Counted from the first letter of the stretch, positions 1-12,888 are shown. The stretch is 49,815 nucleotides of DNA from Catajapyx aquilonaris (GCA_000934665.2 JYFJ02002857.1:1-49815), one strand, 5' to 3'. Translations and numbers: made by a program. The notes: a model not told the origin generated them from the sequence alone.

Positions 1-1444
1 TCAGATCTTATTTGGCTCAGCTTCATTTTAAAATATAAATGTAATTTCTCTAACGTAAATTCTATTAATCGTTTGATTGGAGTTCCTTTTGTGAGGAGAG
101 TAAATGTAAATTCTTGTTCTTGATTAGCCTTTGAATAATTGTGGATGATGAGATACATTGGCGCGGGGCCTTTATGGTCGGGTCGCCGTAACTCTGACAC
201 AGTAATAATTCATGGTAATAACAATTCTGCTGCAAATTCTGCTGTGTCTGGGTTGTTTCTGCAGGTAAGTCCATTGCACAATCATTTCGCTTCTCGTGAG
301 AGGAAATAATAAAAAACACTCATTTTTTATAGATTACATCTGCTTGTTTCATTTTGAAACATTTGTTGGAAATGGTATCCGGATGATATTTACTAATTGG
401 CCAGGATTCGTCGAACGAAGACGAGTCAGCGCACCCGATTTTCGCTCGCTGCCGCCCAGAAAGTGGCGGGAAACCTAATGACCCGGCGGCTCTCTTAAGA
501 GTGAATCATAAATTAATAATCAATGGAGTGGATCTATGGAGAATAAACTCCTAATGCAGTCATATGGAATGTTGTCTTCCATGTTATGACACGGATATCT
601 ACAGTACTTGATGTGTTTGCAGAGATAACTGTGTTTCCACTTCAAAAAGCCTTTTTTAAAATTGCAGCACCTCCCGGCTGTACACTCACCACGTCTATTA
701 TTGTCACAAACCTTCGGCTCATTTAGCATGAATTTTGCAATATACTCTTCCTGTATGAAACCTGATGTAGTTACTCAGTCATAACCACCTGAATTGCCCT
801 TAGTGATTATTTCCTGCTATGATGATATCCAGTTGGTGACATCCAATGGTCCATCGTAAGGTTGAGCTTGATCAGAATGCATGTTATTGTTGTGTTTTGT
901 GACACTGGAGGTGGCGGTGTGGCTTTTGTGGAACCCTTAGCCGTTTTATTCGGGCCTTATTCCCGATAGTACCCTACGATCACATTTGACGTCAAAACAT
1001 CTGATAACAAGCCATGACGTGGCGTGGGCTTAGTGTGGCACAGATAGTAGAGCACCGTCAGGAATGGTATTTCAGGGTATGACAGCTAGGGGCCCCATTT
1101 GAAAGGTAAGTACCGGACATTGATTACTTCGTCAGACACAATAATAAGCAAGTGCTTGAAGACATATTCGACTGATATTAATTAATATTTTAACACAAGA
1201 AGTGTAAACAACTGCTGCGACAAGTCGATGACTAAAGTAGCATTAAAATTCACTCATTTTAAATGGACCTTTAGTGATTGGTATAGAGCCACGCATATGC
1301 TTCAAGAACAGATAATATATGTGCAAAAAATCAGTGAGTGATGAAGGCATACATTGACTTTTCCTAATGAGGTCTAGAGACCAATTAAAATTTAAAAGCT
1401 AAATTGAGCGTTTGAATCCTACTTGGAAAATATTGACTGCATCA

Positions 1445-3556
1445 TCAGTGAACAGGTCTAAACTTGAGGCATTTGGACAAGGATTTGTCATACTTGTGAC
1501 TCAGCATTTCTACTGCAAATGCTCCCAATGCAACGGCCAGTCCAACTAACCACATGTTGAAGATGGCAGAGAGTTTTGTCCTGGTCAACACTTCCTCTGC
1601 TTTTTGGGGGTTGTCCTTCTCCCTGGCCCGGATTCGATCTAAGGAACGGAGGAACATTAGGTACATGTTGTCACGCAAGATCACTGACATTAAATCATTT
1701 TCATTTAAAAATCTCTCGAATTTTCTTGCCAAGTAATATGCCATGGTTTGTCCACGGGGGTAACTCGCTCCAGTGTACGTCGGAAACACGTGGTCATATG
1801 AGTAACGGAATGTTGGCTGCCCAGAAGTGTCGCGAAAGAGGTAAATCTCCAGATCCAAGAGTAGGTTGATACCACTGCAGGCGAGTTGCTGGCTTTGCAT
1901 TTTCTCCAGGCAGTTCTGGGCACTTTGGCCCATATGTATCTTCGCATCCAAGGTATCATAGAGAGGGTCGTTGACATAGGAGAGGTATTTCTTCCAGATA
2001 AGAAAATTGATCAGGTCAGTTTCGATGGTCCAATCCGATTCCGCCAGTTCCCGGAAGTTCGTTGGGACAAACTCCCTCGGGGGAAAGGTAAGGAAGGAGA
2101 CCATCTTGGCCTTGTAGCCAGTGATAACCACGGTGGAGAAGAAGAGGAAGGAGGAGGCCAGGAAGAGAAAGCGGCGGGATGTGGGGAAGGCAACGGGCTG
2201 TTCTATCAGATGTCTGGCTAGGATATGGAGGGATCCAATTAAGGTCAGTTGCTGCCCTTCGACCTCTGACCTCCCTCCAGAAGGGTCGGAGAGGGAGAGT
2301 CTGCTCATCGCAATCGGGAGAATGGCGAGGGTGACCCCCAGGGACACCCAGAAGGTGAGGACGTAGGGTCGGTAGATGACCCTCCAGCTGATGACTCCTC
2401 CGGGTCTTCTGGTTATGAATGTCGCGTGTCCGTACAGATAGGGTGGGGTGAGGAGGGTGTGTCGATAGGATTCACTTGTGAAAGGCAAGGCACCTATCGC
2501 ATCTATACGTCCTGACAGCAAATCAGGTGTCAGTCCCACCCATGTTCCATTGTTCAGTCTTTGGTCAAAGTCTGCACTGGTGGGCTCCTTCAGGTAAATC
2601 TCAGTAATGAAATAGTTGTGGGTTTCTTCGGCGACGATGTACCCCCTTTCGGAGAGCGTGAGATAAACTTCACCCTGTTCTTTTTTTCTCCTTCGAACGT
2701 CCTCCATGTCGGCTGGAAACAAGTACATCCCAACAACAAATGGCTTCTTGTTCATCCTCTTGGCGTCGTAGTTTCTGAAGAAGGTGTCAGCTCTTGCTCT
2801 GTCCGCATGGTTGACACCCCCAAGATCGATGACCTCTGGTTGACCCCCTTCGCCGCAGAAGAAGCAGAGAGTCTCCATCTTCAACTGTCCATCTTCTTCC
2901 ATCCGGGTGGACACCTTCAGCCTGAGGGCACTGGCAGGGGGGGAGGTCAACACTCGATGGAGCTCTCTCTCCTTCACAGGATGAAGTGACCTCTGAGGGA
3001 AGTGGAGGAGGAAACGGTCGTCGAGTGGACTGACCTTGACCTTGAAGGCGGTGGACATGACCAGTTGTGGGAGGGAGGACGGGGAGGAGGGGAGAAGGAG
3101 GTGGAGGGTGCAAGCAGAGGATGACCAGGCAGAGGTCACGAGGAGGTCAGGAGGGACGGCGGTGAAGTCAAAGAGATCCGCTTGACCCTTGAGCCAGGGC
3201 TAGTCTGTGAAGGAGTGTGGAAAGGAGGTCATCCGGAGGGAGAAGGACGGGAGGTACTTGTCCGAGTGACCTTTAAGAAGAGGCCTCCACAATCCCTCCC
3301 AGACGCCCGATGACCCGATGAGGTCAGTGGACAGAACCAAGCCGCATCCCCGCATGTCCTCCCTCGTGTCCAGGATGCCCCTCACCAGTCTGGACACTAC
3401 CCACCACTCTCTTTCCTCCCCACCCTTCCTCTTTTCCTCTTCCATCAGACCAGACAAGTTCTTTCCAACACCCGATGATGATGATGATGATGAGGTATGG
3501 CCACCAAACATGGCCATGGCCACGGAGCAAACGACCAACACATGAAACAACGCCAT
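1445..3556 (-). pseudogene. Divergent ionotropic receptor IR-A, intronless, ~703 codons with one in-frame TAG (3200-3202); pseudogene or readthrough gene
   Basis: ORFs 3200..3556 and 1445..3139 are in the same frame, separated only by TAG. It has a signal peptide (MALFHVLVVCSVAMAMFG), a CFFC motif, S1 lobe NGTWVGL..L.SGRIDA, TPPYLY, M1 RPYVLTFW, M2 YKAKMVSFLTFP...PTNFRELA and a C-terminal TM ending AFAVE. Confidence 0.88.
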
Positions 3557-3845
3557 GCTTCGACTGATTACTGACGCTGACCTGGCCCAACACTACTCCA
3601 CCTGTTGTACTCGCACTTGCCTCGAATAATATTAAACACCAAATTGCCCGTCTAACTATCACTTGCCAAGACATTTCTATGTCATGTCAGACTATACCAT
3701 GCAGTTAGTGTCAATCAAATGTCTTTTCCATGACTTGATTGTAATATCAATAAGAGCATAAACAGTAGTAGGTTCTCCTCTGTCGGTGCTGTGACAAACT
3801 ATACGCCAATACCGGTATATTGTTTTAAAGTTTGGAACGGTTGGC

Positions 3846-3920
3846 TAGGGGTTTTTCCCAATTAAGTGGGCCTAATGTTTGCTAGACCATCTCGGATTTT
3901 GGCTAGAGAAATCGCAGCTG
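3846..3920. repeat. Dispersed repeat fragment, copy 1
   Basis: TAGGGGTTTTTCCCAATTAAGTGGGCCTAATGTTTGCTAGACCATCTCGG matches 48877-48948 with a few substitutions and indels. Confidence 0.6.
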
Positions 3921-4362
3921 TACACACCTATGTCATAACACTGCATATCAAGTTTCAGACATATTGCGTCATACCGTGGGGAGGGAAGAAATCGCGAAGT
4001 TTTGCTGAAAATGAGCCCTTTTTTGGATGATTTCTTTTGATTTGCACAGTCATTATGTAACTTACAGTATATACAGATCTAACACTCCCATACTATTATT
4101 ATGCCGGATCTTGCTTCAATTGCAGCATAGTATGTCGTCTCTTTATTAGATTGTTGCAATGTCTCAGCTTTCTTCCGACAAAGCAGGGAACTGTAGTAAA
4201 ACAATAAAAGCTTATCTTCTGAGATATTCAGACTTACAAAATTCCCCCGAAGCTATGGAAATTATCAAAATCTAAAACACTAGGATATAAAGGTAAGTTC
4301 GTAGAAAAATTGTGTCACTATTTTCGGATAGCTTTTGTGCTTGAAGGATACCCACAGTCGAA

Positions 4363-6263
4363 ATGGACCCATTTTTTCTCAGGACCTGTTGGACATTTCT
4401 GTTCTTATCAGCTTCTGCAGGCAAGGTTCCATTATTAACAACAACACTTCACTCTACTCCTATTGTCAGAAGGAAGTTTGGGACAAACACGTTTCTATTG
4501 CAGTTCTTTCAGCAAATGCGGATGTTTCCACCACAACAATATCTTCAGGAACCACTGTTAAACCAAGTAAGATTACAACAATAAGGATCGATCATAACAC
4601 ACGTCATACTCCCATTCTGTACCACATGGCATACATAATCAAACTGGATATATCCGTGTTTTACTATGGTAAGAATTCTTCGCATCTACTGCGAACACCT
4701 CCCCATTAGGCTATCTATTGCTGACAAAAAGATTGAGACAAATTTAAATGATGCTGACTTTCAACATTGTCTCAATCTTGTCCGTTACTATTGTGAACGA
4801 CCTCTTCAAATCAGGACATCAATGACTCATTAAACTAATTACTAATATGACTACAATACATTCACAGTAATGCCTACAGAAGTACGGTTTCTTCCACCAT
4901 ACCAGAAGAGTTACGACCCAATAACGTACGTTTATGACGACAAATCGCTCATTAAGATATCCATAGTATGCGAGGCACTTGGTGCATACCCTGAAGCAAA
5001 TCTGAAGTGGTACATTGGTATGTACAGCGAATGTTTACAACATACTTACCACTATTTTACTCGTTTATTTGACGGTTTATTACAGACGATGTACCACTAA
5101 CTAGAGATTTAAGTAAACCGAATGTGACCGGTACAGGCAAGAGCTTGTCTACATTCCAGTCATTTAATGGGATTTTTGAGCCGAAGGATGATAGAACGAA
5201 GCTGAAATGTGAAGCATCACAGCCTGGAGATAATCCGGACGAGAGGAAGAAGGCGATTAGAGATCTACAGGTGTCATGTAAGGGTCATACTGCCATGTTA
5301 TCAAAGATAGCCTGTACCGTTCAGTTTACACTGGTAGAATCAAGTTTGTTCCTGATTTAAAATCGGCCAAAAAAACCAAAAAAGTCTATTTGTTTACGGA
5401 TGGCGCTGCTGTGAGAGCAGATCCTGTCACTAGATGTCGCCCATTCCAGCAGTGAGTGTGCTGCTGACATCTGGTGGCAGGGCAATGTAGCATACAATTG
5501 AATGGTTTTGTAGTGACACTAACCCGTTTTCGTTGTGGATCCAGTTTCTCCCCAGAAAGCGACTCCGGAAGAGCCCCAGATATTTGACAACATGACCTTG
5601 GGCACAGTCGTGAGTTTCAAGGTCAAAGTGTATGCTAACCCTGGCGACTGTGTCATAAGTTGGAGGCTTCCCAGCAACGGAGAAATATTAACTGCAACTC
5701 AAAAATGGTCTACAGACTTCAGATTTTATGCTGGTCAACTGATATCGTCTGGAAAGGTACTGGACATGTACGATATTTCGACATGTGATATTTCAATATT
5801 TATAATATTTCGATATTACAATGTTTTGATTTTTCGATATTTGCGATATTTCGATACTTACGATATTTATTATATTTCGATACGTGCGATATTTCTTATT
5901 ATTACACGACTGCAAGAATTATCGTGGCATTAGTTTGTTAAGTGTACTACCAGGGATTTTCGATACTGAAATTTTAATATCGTGACGAATTACAGGGCGA
6001 TTACAATATTTTCCAGAATGTTTATTATGCACCGCTGAGGATATCACCTCTGAAGAAATCGGACCTGAACACCGTGTTTTATTTGGACGTGACAAATATG
6101 ATTGGAGATCGGGCCTACCCTGTCATCCTTTCTGCGGGTGTCACCAACATCGCTTTTGGTTTCATTACTCTTATGGTAAGTCCTGTAATGTTTGCAAAAT
6201 GACTTATGTAAATATTTCAACTTATTTCAGGCCACTACTGCCAGCATAATTATGATAAACTAG
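4363..6263 (+). CDS. Two-Ig-domain cell-surface protein, Fasciclin-3-like, probably GPI-anchored (7 coding exons)
   Basis: Exons 4363-4420, 4504-4566, 4868-5018, 5086-5277, 5545-5756, ~5995-6175 and 6231-6263 splice in frame. Features: signal peptide MDPFFLRTCWTFLFLSASAV, Ig C2 motifs CEALGAYPEANLKWYI and DDRTKLKCEA, a second domain VYANP...W...LDVTNMIG, and a hydrophobic C-terminus SAGVTNIAFGFITLMATTASIIMIN*. Confidence 0.75.
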
Positions 6264-6660
6264 TTCCAAATGGCATCTACATTATTCTAGTTATTGATAG
6301 AGCAGTTCACTCACATAGAGGGTCAATGCAGAAGGTACAATAGAGAGTGACCCAAATAACTGAAATTATGTTAATAAATTCTTTAAATGCCAATACTACA
6401 TTTCTTTGATTTAAAATAGTGTTATTACTATTTATTTCATATCCTGTCAAACCCTGTTCTAATTTGTGTAAAACCAGGCGGAAGTTAGATCGACTCTGAT
6501 ATTATATCACCGACCTGCATTAATTTGGATGATTGCTCCAATTATGCTAATTATAGTTTCCGCCTGTGTGACGTAATTTGAGCGTAACAATCTGATTACA
6601 ACTGGTTGGATAAATATGCTCCACATCTCGGGCATGTTAGTTACAGTCTAATCATCAACA

Positions 6661-7393
6661 ATGCAACTGATCATTCTGTTGGTGTTCTACTCTGCCTTTG
6701 TTGCTGCCGACGATATGGTAGGTCCATTTGACTAACGCTCTTCAGTATGATCATGCGCAATTGTTGCCAGCCAAGCCACTGCTACAGAAGATGGGGCACA
6801 AGTCCACAAGAAAGGGAGGCATTCTTGAGAGTGGAATCGCAGTGTGAACAGACTTTGATAGGAGGAAATCCAGATGTGAGTGTGTCTTTCTTCAACAATG
6901 AATTGGTTTAATTTCATTGAATTTCATTGCAGTGTGTTTTGCCATGCGTTTGGAATCACTTTGGTGTGGTGGGTGCACATGACAGCACTATTTTTGGATT
7001 GGAAATTAACATTATTTTTCCACATTAGTTGGACAACAATGGGAATATTATACCTGAGAGATTCGCAGAGATTTCATCACCAGGAGATGAATATGAAGAG
7101 TTTAGAGCATACGCTACTGACAATCTGATCAAATGTGCTCATGTCGGTGAGTACATTATTTTGTACATATCAACAGATGTACGGTAGGCCTACTGTAAAT
7201 GATGTAATGTTTGTAGTTCAGTCAGATAACAAGTGTGCGAAGTTACTAGGGGAAGTGGAGTGTGCATCTTACATATACACTCAGGTACTGTAATTTAAAT
7301 TAGTCATTTGCTTATAACTACTTGTTTCTGCTAACTATGGGTTGCGCACACTTTTTTTTACAGGAATGCGCACCGTATTACCAGAAAAAATAG
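6661..7393 (+). CDS. 8-Cys OBP-like protein 1 (~137 aa, 6 exons)
   Basis: Exons 6661-6717, 6771-6875, 6933-6968, 7029-7146, 7217-7284 and 7364-7393 give MQLIILLVFYSAFVAADDM|PSHCYRRWGTSPQEREAFLRVESQCEQTLIGGNPD|CVLPCVWNHFGV|LDNNGNIIPERFAEISSPGDEYEEFRAYATDNLIKCAHV|VQSDNKCAKLLGEVECASYIYTQ|ECAPYYQKK*. All introns are GT-AG; AATAAA lies near 7498. Confidence 0.88.
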
Positions 7394-7875
7394 CCGTATG
7401 ATGATGGTGGACGTATCATGAACATATGCTGTTTTGATGAAAAAAAATAGCTATGCGATGTAGTGCACTATTTTGTTCCATAGTCTACTAATAGTGAATA
7501 AATTAATAATATGTAATAGCAGCGACGATACAATTGACACCTGCACAAAAAATACACATGTTTATTAATTTTAAAAATTACACAACTGATGACGTTACAG
7601 TCTTTCAGTGTCATCAGCTTCAAACAGGCGACGGACGTTTTTCGAATGCTCGTTGTTCGAAAGTTGTTAATACAATCAGCAAGAGAAGGAAGTGTAGGGG
7701 GCTAATCAGTTCGAATACTATTATTTTAATCATTTAATTTATTTGCGCTTGGCAAAATGCCAGAGGGAAATAATATTAAGGATATACATTCTTTAAGTAT
7801 TTTTGACAATTGAAAATTTCAAACTCGACTTGTCACAATCCATGTCCATTACCGATGTACAGAGTCATCTGGCGA

Positions 7876-8782
7876 TTACCATCCACATTCCTGTAATGCA
7901 ACAAATACGAGGAGCATTAATAGTATGATCATAAGCTGGCCTATACAGAAAATAAGTTTCATTCAGTTGAAGCCTTCTACTCGTACAGGACTTACAAGCA
8001 TCATTTTTTTCGATGAGCATACTAGAGGTTTCTCGATTTCACATACCCCCCGACCACCACCTTCACCTGCAGTAAGGCAATGATGAATAATTTTCAATTT
8101 TAAAACATACTGCTGTGGGCACTGTTCAAATGTTGAGTACAAACAAACCTGTTTCAATGCAATGGTTAATAGATTCGACCATGAGCTCCTTAGTTTCTTT
8201 GTATTCGTCGCCTGGCATAATGAAGTCCATTATCTCCTGTGGTTTCACGTTTCCATCGCCATCAAGCTACAGCAAGTCAGTATAAGGTAGTATTACTCAC
8301 AAATACCAAGTTCAAATAATGTAATGATGTAGTTCACTGCACCCACACTGTACTACACCCTATACATACCAGGTCCAGCTGCTTTAATACGCACCTCATA
8401 AAATCACACTGAAAAGACAATGTAAATATGGCACTCAGATATTAACGGGGTTATTCCAAATTATGTAGGTCATTAAAATGGGTAAATATGGCACCATATA
8501 TTAGTCCTTGTTCAGTTTGGAAAAATTGACATGCAGGCAATGAAGAGTAGGCATTAGTCAAACTAACCTTATCCCCTTGATCGTGATGGCAGATCATCAT
8601 AGCTGCTGCCACTTCTTCTTCAAGACCTACGAAGAGTTCATCAGGGCGTCGGCAGTGAGCAGGCTGAATAATGAGAAGAAATGTGACAAAATATTTCTCA
8701 ACCATCACTTGAATGGACTTACCACGTCTTGGGCTGCTGCAAAGGCCAAGAGAAGAAGGAGGGTGGCTGCGAAGAACCTCAT
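7876..8782 (-). CDS. 8-Cys OBP-like protein 2
   Basis: MRFFAATLLLLLAFAAAQDV|PAHCRRPDELFVGLEEEVAAAMMICHHDQGDK|CDFMRCVLKQLDL|LDGDGNVKPQEIMDFIMPGDEYKETKELMVESINHCIET|GEGGGRGVCEIEKPLVCSSKKMML|ECGW*; same intron phases as OBP-like 1. Confidence 0.88.
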
Positions 8783-9244
8783 TGTTGCTCTCTGTTGTTC
8801 CAAAGGGGAATGAATAGTATTGTTCAGTATCTGTACTTAAGTAGTATGGATTATCTCTGGGGTTGTGGCAGCAGCTTTTCCTACACACATATGTGAGTGA
8901 TGATTAATATCCATGTCGCAGCTTCCTGGAGTCAGGAGTGTGTTCATATCGAGTTATGCCAGGTGGTGGGAGAACCGCAGAGAAGATTGTGAATATACTG
9001 TAAGCTTGACTGTAAGTAGCCTACACATTTTACGCCGATTCACCGGCATTAATGCCGGTTTCTACATTTTTAAAGATTGGGGATTGTAAGTAATTTGAAA
9101 ATAACAACTCATTCGAACTCATATCTTTGTTCCAATTTCCTGCACTTTTCCCCCACAAATCATTTTGTACACTCCTGCGCGGAAATGCAGGTTGATAATA
9201 TTTTAATCTCGCCATTGCTGGTTGTAACGCCAATATATTATGCA

Positions 9245-9350
9245 CTAGCAGAGGAGCCCGTTCTTCGCCCTGCCTGTTTCGATGGTAATCAACAAAATGT
9301 TGTTGTCATGCAAACAAAAAAACAAAGAAACTTTGCCTTACATACGTAGA
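9245..9350 (-). mobile_element. Non-autonomous mini-Helitron (~106 bp)
   Basis: On the minus strand it starts TCTACGTATG with a TTTG-rich tract and ends GGGCGAAGAACGGGC...CTAG. It sits between A and T. The paralogous flank at ~12141-12160 reads TATTATGCA|TTA without the insert. Confidence 0.65.
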
Positions 9351-9552
9351 TTATCAAAACATGTTAGTAATTAATTAATTAATAGCAGCAAACCCGTGTG
9401 TAGTGTCTGGTACATACGTTATTGAACTTGGTGTCAGTCAACGTACACAGAAGTGATCGAAAGCAGAGGGATAATTGGACAGTGTCGTGCAATAATGGGT
9501 CAACCCACAAAAATGCCAAAATTGAGCCAAGCCCAGGAACATACACCTAAAG

Positions 9553-9775
9553 CAGAGGTTCTTAACCTTTTCGGGCCTCCGCAACCCCTTTGTAGACAAT
9601 AATATGTGGGTCCTTGTCGCACCCCCTGTACCAGGGGTGATTGATAACGTTAATAGTTAGACCAGTTATTAGCTCTTGGTTACATTAAGTCCAGAGGTGC
9701 ACCTTGCTCGCACCCCCAGGGAAGCCACCTCGCACCCCCTGGAGGTGCGCGGGCACCCCAGGCCAAGAACCTCTG
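9553..9775. mobile_element. hAT-type MITE
   Basis: TIRs CAGAGGTTCTTAACCT / AGGCCAAGAACCTCTG (14/16 match). The 8-bp TSD ACCTAAAG / GCCTAAAG has a central TA, and there are internal CGCACCCCC repeats. Confidence 0.8.
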
Positions 9776-10226
9776 GCCTAAAGGATCCTACTTAATTCAG
9801 TTAAAATCACGCAGGTGAAATAATCTGCTTGCTTCTGCCACAAATGACAGAAAAGAACACTGAATTAATTTCACAGGTATGACCCTCAAAGCCCCTTTTC
9901 TCAAAACTGGTCTCATATGTGGGTTGACGCATTATAGCATAACCCTGTCCCATTATCAAATACAGCAGGTACCCGTTTTACACCGCTCCATTTTACGCCG
10001 TTTTACGTTAACGCCGGTTTGAAAATGACTTTATAAAAATTTTAAATTGAAAAATGGTGAAAAATATGACGATAACAACACAATCTGAACATAAGAACAA
10101 CACTTCAACACTTTTGAGTCCAAATGCACGACCATACAATAATGTGTGTTTTTTTGTCTTTCATGGTGCCTTATGGCGGGTTCTATTTATAAATACAGTA
10201 CCGTATTGTTGGTCTCATCGGAACCC

Positions 10227-10500
10227 GGAATGAAGAGTATTGCTCAATATTTGTACTCATGTATAGTGTGCATTATCTCTGGGGTTTCGGTTTTGAATGA
10301 TGGTTAGTGTTCTTTTATTGGGGTGTGTTCATATCGGGATATGAGACTATGAGAGCCAGGAAGAATTTATTGATACCGGTACTGATTTAGCTATGTATAG
10401 ACATGTATAGCTATGTATAGCGAAAAATATGTAGATATCCTGGCACACTGTTACAGTGTTACATAGTAATAGTAATGCGCATTACACTTTGCATTTACAA
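10227..10500 (-). pseudogene. Orphan OBP-like 5' flank with no attached coding exons
   Basis: Close match to the upstream region of OBP-like 5 (14852-15120: GGAATGAATAGTATTGCTCAATAT...GTGTGTTCATATCG...ATCCTGGCACACTGTTACAG), but the adjacent sequence is TE-like rather than exon 1. Confidence 0.6.
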
Positions 10501-10797
10501 TATTATAATAAATAAATATCAGTAGAGGCCTACATACTGTTGCTACCCACAATAATCTGCAATAACCTAAGAATAAAATAGTTTTTCGAATGATCGTTGT
10601 TCAAAATGGAAATTATCAAGGCAATCATCACGAGGAGGCTAATCAGTTTGAATATTATTATTTTAATCATTTAATTTATTTGCACATGACAAAATACCAG
10701 AGCGCACATACTTTACGTATTTTTGACAACTGAAAATTTCAAACTGGACTTGTCGCAATCCATGCCCATTACCGATGTACGGAGTCATCTGGCAATA

Positions 10798-11691
10798 TTA
10801 CCATCCGCATTCCTGTAATGCAACAAATTCGAGGAGTATCAATAGTATGGTCATAAGCTGGCAAGTCGCCTATACAGAAAATAAGTTTCATTCAGTTGAA
10901 ACATTCTACTCGTACAATAAGACTTACAAGCATGATTTTGTTCGCTGAGCATTCCAGAGGTTTCCCGAGTTCACATACCCTCGGACCATCACCTTCACCT
11001 GCAGTAAAGCGATGATGAATAATTTTCCATTTTTAAACATACTGCTGCGGGCACTGTTCAAATGTTGAGTACAAACAAACCTGTTTCCATGCAGTGGGTC
11101 ATAGATTCGACGAGGAACTCCTTGGTCTCTTTGTATTCGTCGCCTGGCATAATGAAGTCCATTGTCTCCTGTGGTTTCAATTTTCCATCGCCATCAAGCT
11201 GCGTATACAGCAAGTCAGTATAAGGTAGTATTACTCACAAATACCAAGTTCAAAAAATGTTATGATATAGTTCACTGCACCCACACTGTACCACACCCTA
11301 TACATACCAGGCCCAGCTGCTTTACTATGCATCTTTCAAGATCACACTGAAAAGACAAGGTAAATATGACACCATAATTATGAGTCCAATATGTATTTGT
11401 TCAGTTTGCAAAAATTGACATGCAGGCAATGAAGAGTCAGCATATTATTTTAACAAGACATAGTCACACTAACCCTATTATCCCCTTGATCTTTGCAGAT
11501 ATTCATAGCTGCTGCCAATTCTTCTGTATTGCCTTCGAAGGGTTGATCAGGGCGTCGGCAGTGAGCAGGCTGAATAATGAGAAGACGAAATGTGACAAAA
11601 GATTTCTCAACAATCACTTGAATGGACTTACCACGTCTTGGGCTGCTGCAAAGGCCAAGAGAAGGGCAAGGGTGGCTGCCAAGAACCTCAT
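10798..11691 (-). CDS. 8-Cys OBP-like protein 3
   Basis: MRFLAATLALLLAFAAAQDV|PAHCRRPDQPFEGNTEELAAAMNICKDQGDNR|CDLERCIVKQLGL|LDGDGKLKPQETMDFIMPGDEYKETKEFLVESMTHCMET|GEGDGPRVCELGKPLECSANKIML|ECGW*. Confidence 0.88.
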
Positions 11692-12631
11692 TGTTGCTCT
11701 CAAGTTGTTCCAAAGGGGAATGAATAGTATTGCTCAATAAGTAGTGTGGATTATCTGTGGGGTTGTGGCAGCAGCTTTTCCTATAGATACATGTGTGAGT
11801 GACGATTAGTGTCCATGTCGCAGCTTCCTGGAGTCTGGAGTGTGTTCATATCGAGTTATGCAATAATTGATAATTATACCGTTGGGAGGACCTATACGCA
11901 TAGAAGATTGTGCATAATATACTGTATGCGTAGTACACCTATTTTACGCCGATTCACATTAATGCCGGTTTCCACATTTTAAAAAATTGGGGATTGTAAA
12001 TAATTGGAAAATAACAACACATTCGAAAAATTAATCTTGTTCCAATTTCCTGCACTTTTTCGTCGCAAGTCATTTTGTACACTCCTGCACGGAAATGCAG
12101 GTTGATAATATTTTAATCCCGCCATTGCTGGTTGTAACGTCAATATATTATGCATTAAGATTGGAAAATCAAGAGCGCGTCATTATAGTAAACTTTTTCT
12201 TATTCTTTCATCGTGTAGGGGTCGACCACTCCTTCAGAAAATCCATGGTGTTGCATGATGAGGAATTTTACATGAGGTCTTCAGGTACGCAGTGTGAATT
12301 GTGGCATTCGGCGAAAAATATATAGATATCTTGTCACACTGTTTCATAATAGTAATGCGGATTACATTCTGAACTTATACAATATTATTTCGGATGGGTA
12401 ATACATGAAGTCCATATGAGGCTCATGGGGACTATATAGGAGGGAAGGAAGTGTTTCAGGCTAATCAATCAGAAGACAATGTTATCGTAATCATTTAATT
12501 TATTTTCACTCGACAAAATACTAGAGCGAAATTAAGGATATAATATACATCCTTTAAGTATTTTTGACAATATTAAAAATTTTAAATCTCCATGTCGCAT
12601 TCCATAATTACCCGCATGTATAATCATCTGA

Positions 12632-12888
12632 CTAGTGATATGGTGCGCATTCCTGTAACACAACAAATGCGAGAGGCATTAATGATGTAATACATAAGTT
12701 GGCAAATAATAATTTCATAAGTGCTCTTCAGTAAGTCTTACACTGCCGATTTTTTCCGACAGGCATTCTAGAGGTTTCCCCAACTCACATCCTTCAGGAG
12801 CATCACCTTCATCTGCAGTGAAGCAATGATTTTTGTGTGCACTGTTCAAAGTTTGAGTACAAACTAACCTGTTTCTATGCAATGAGTG
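12632..12888 (-). pseudogene. Truncated OBP-like 4 (only end of exon 4, exons 5-6)
   Basis: ..THCIET|DEGDAPEGCELGKPLECLSEKIGS|ECAPYH*. It is nearly identical to the 3' part of OBP-like 6; similarity stops abruptly at ~12888 and exons 1-3 are absent. Confidence 0.8.

Noticed and set aside
1..1000. Minus-strand coding-like stretches (e.g. PYDGPLDVTNWI..., ORF 520-729)
   Set aside because: Interrupted by stops, with no recognisable family or consistent splice model; may be a decayed gene but cannot be supported.
5760..5990. Hydrophobic extension of ORF 5535-5933 as a TM region
   Set aside because: It is intron sequence made of degenerate CGATATT repeats after the GT donor at 5757.
9961..10205. 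Tigger/pogo-like MITE starting TA-CAGCAGGTACCCG
   Set aside because: The right TIR is too degenerate to define; plausible but unsupported.
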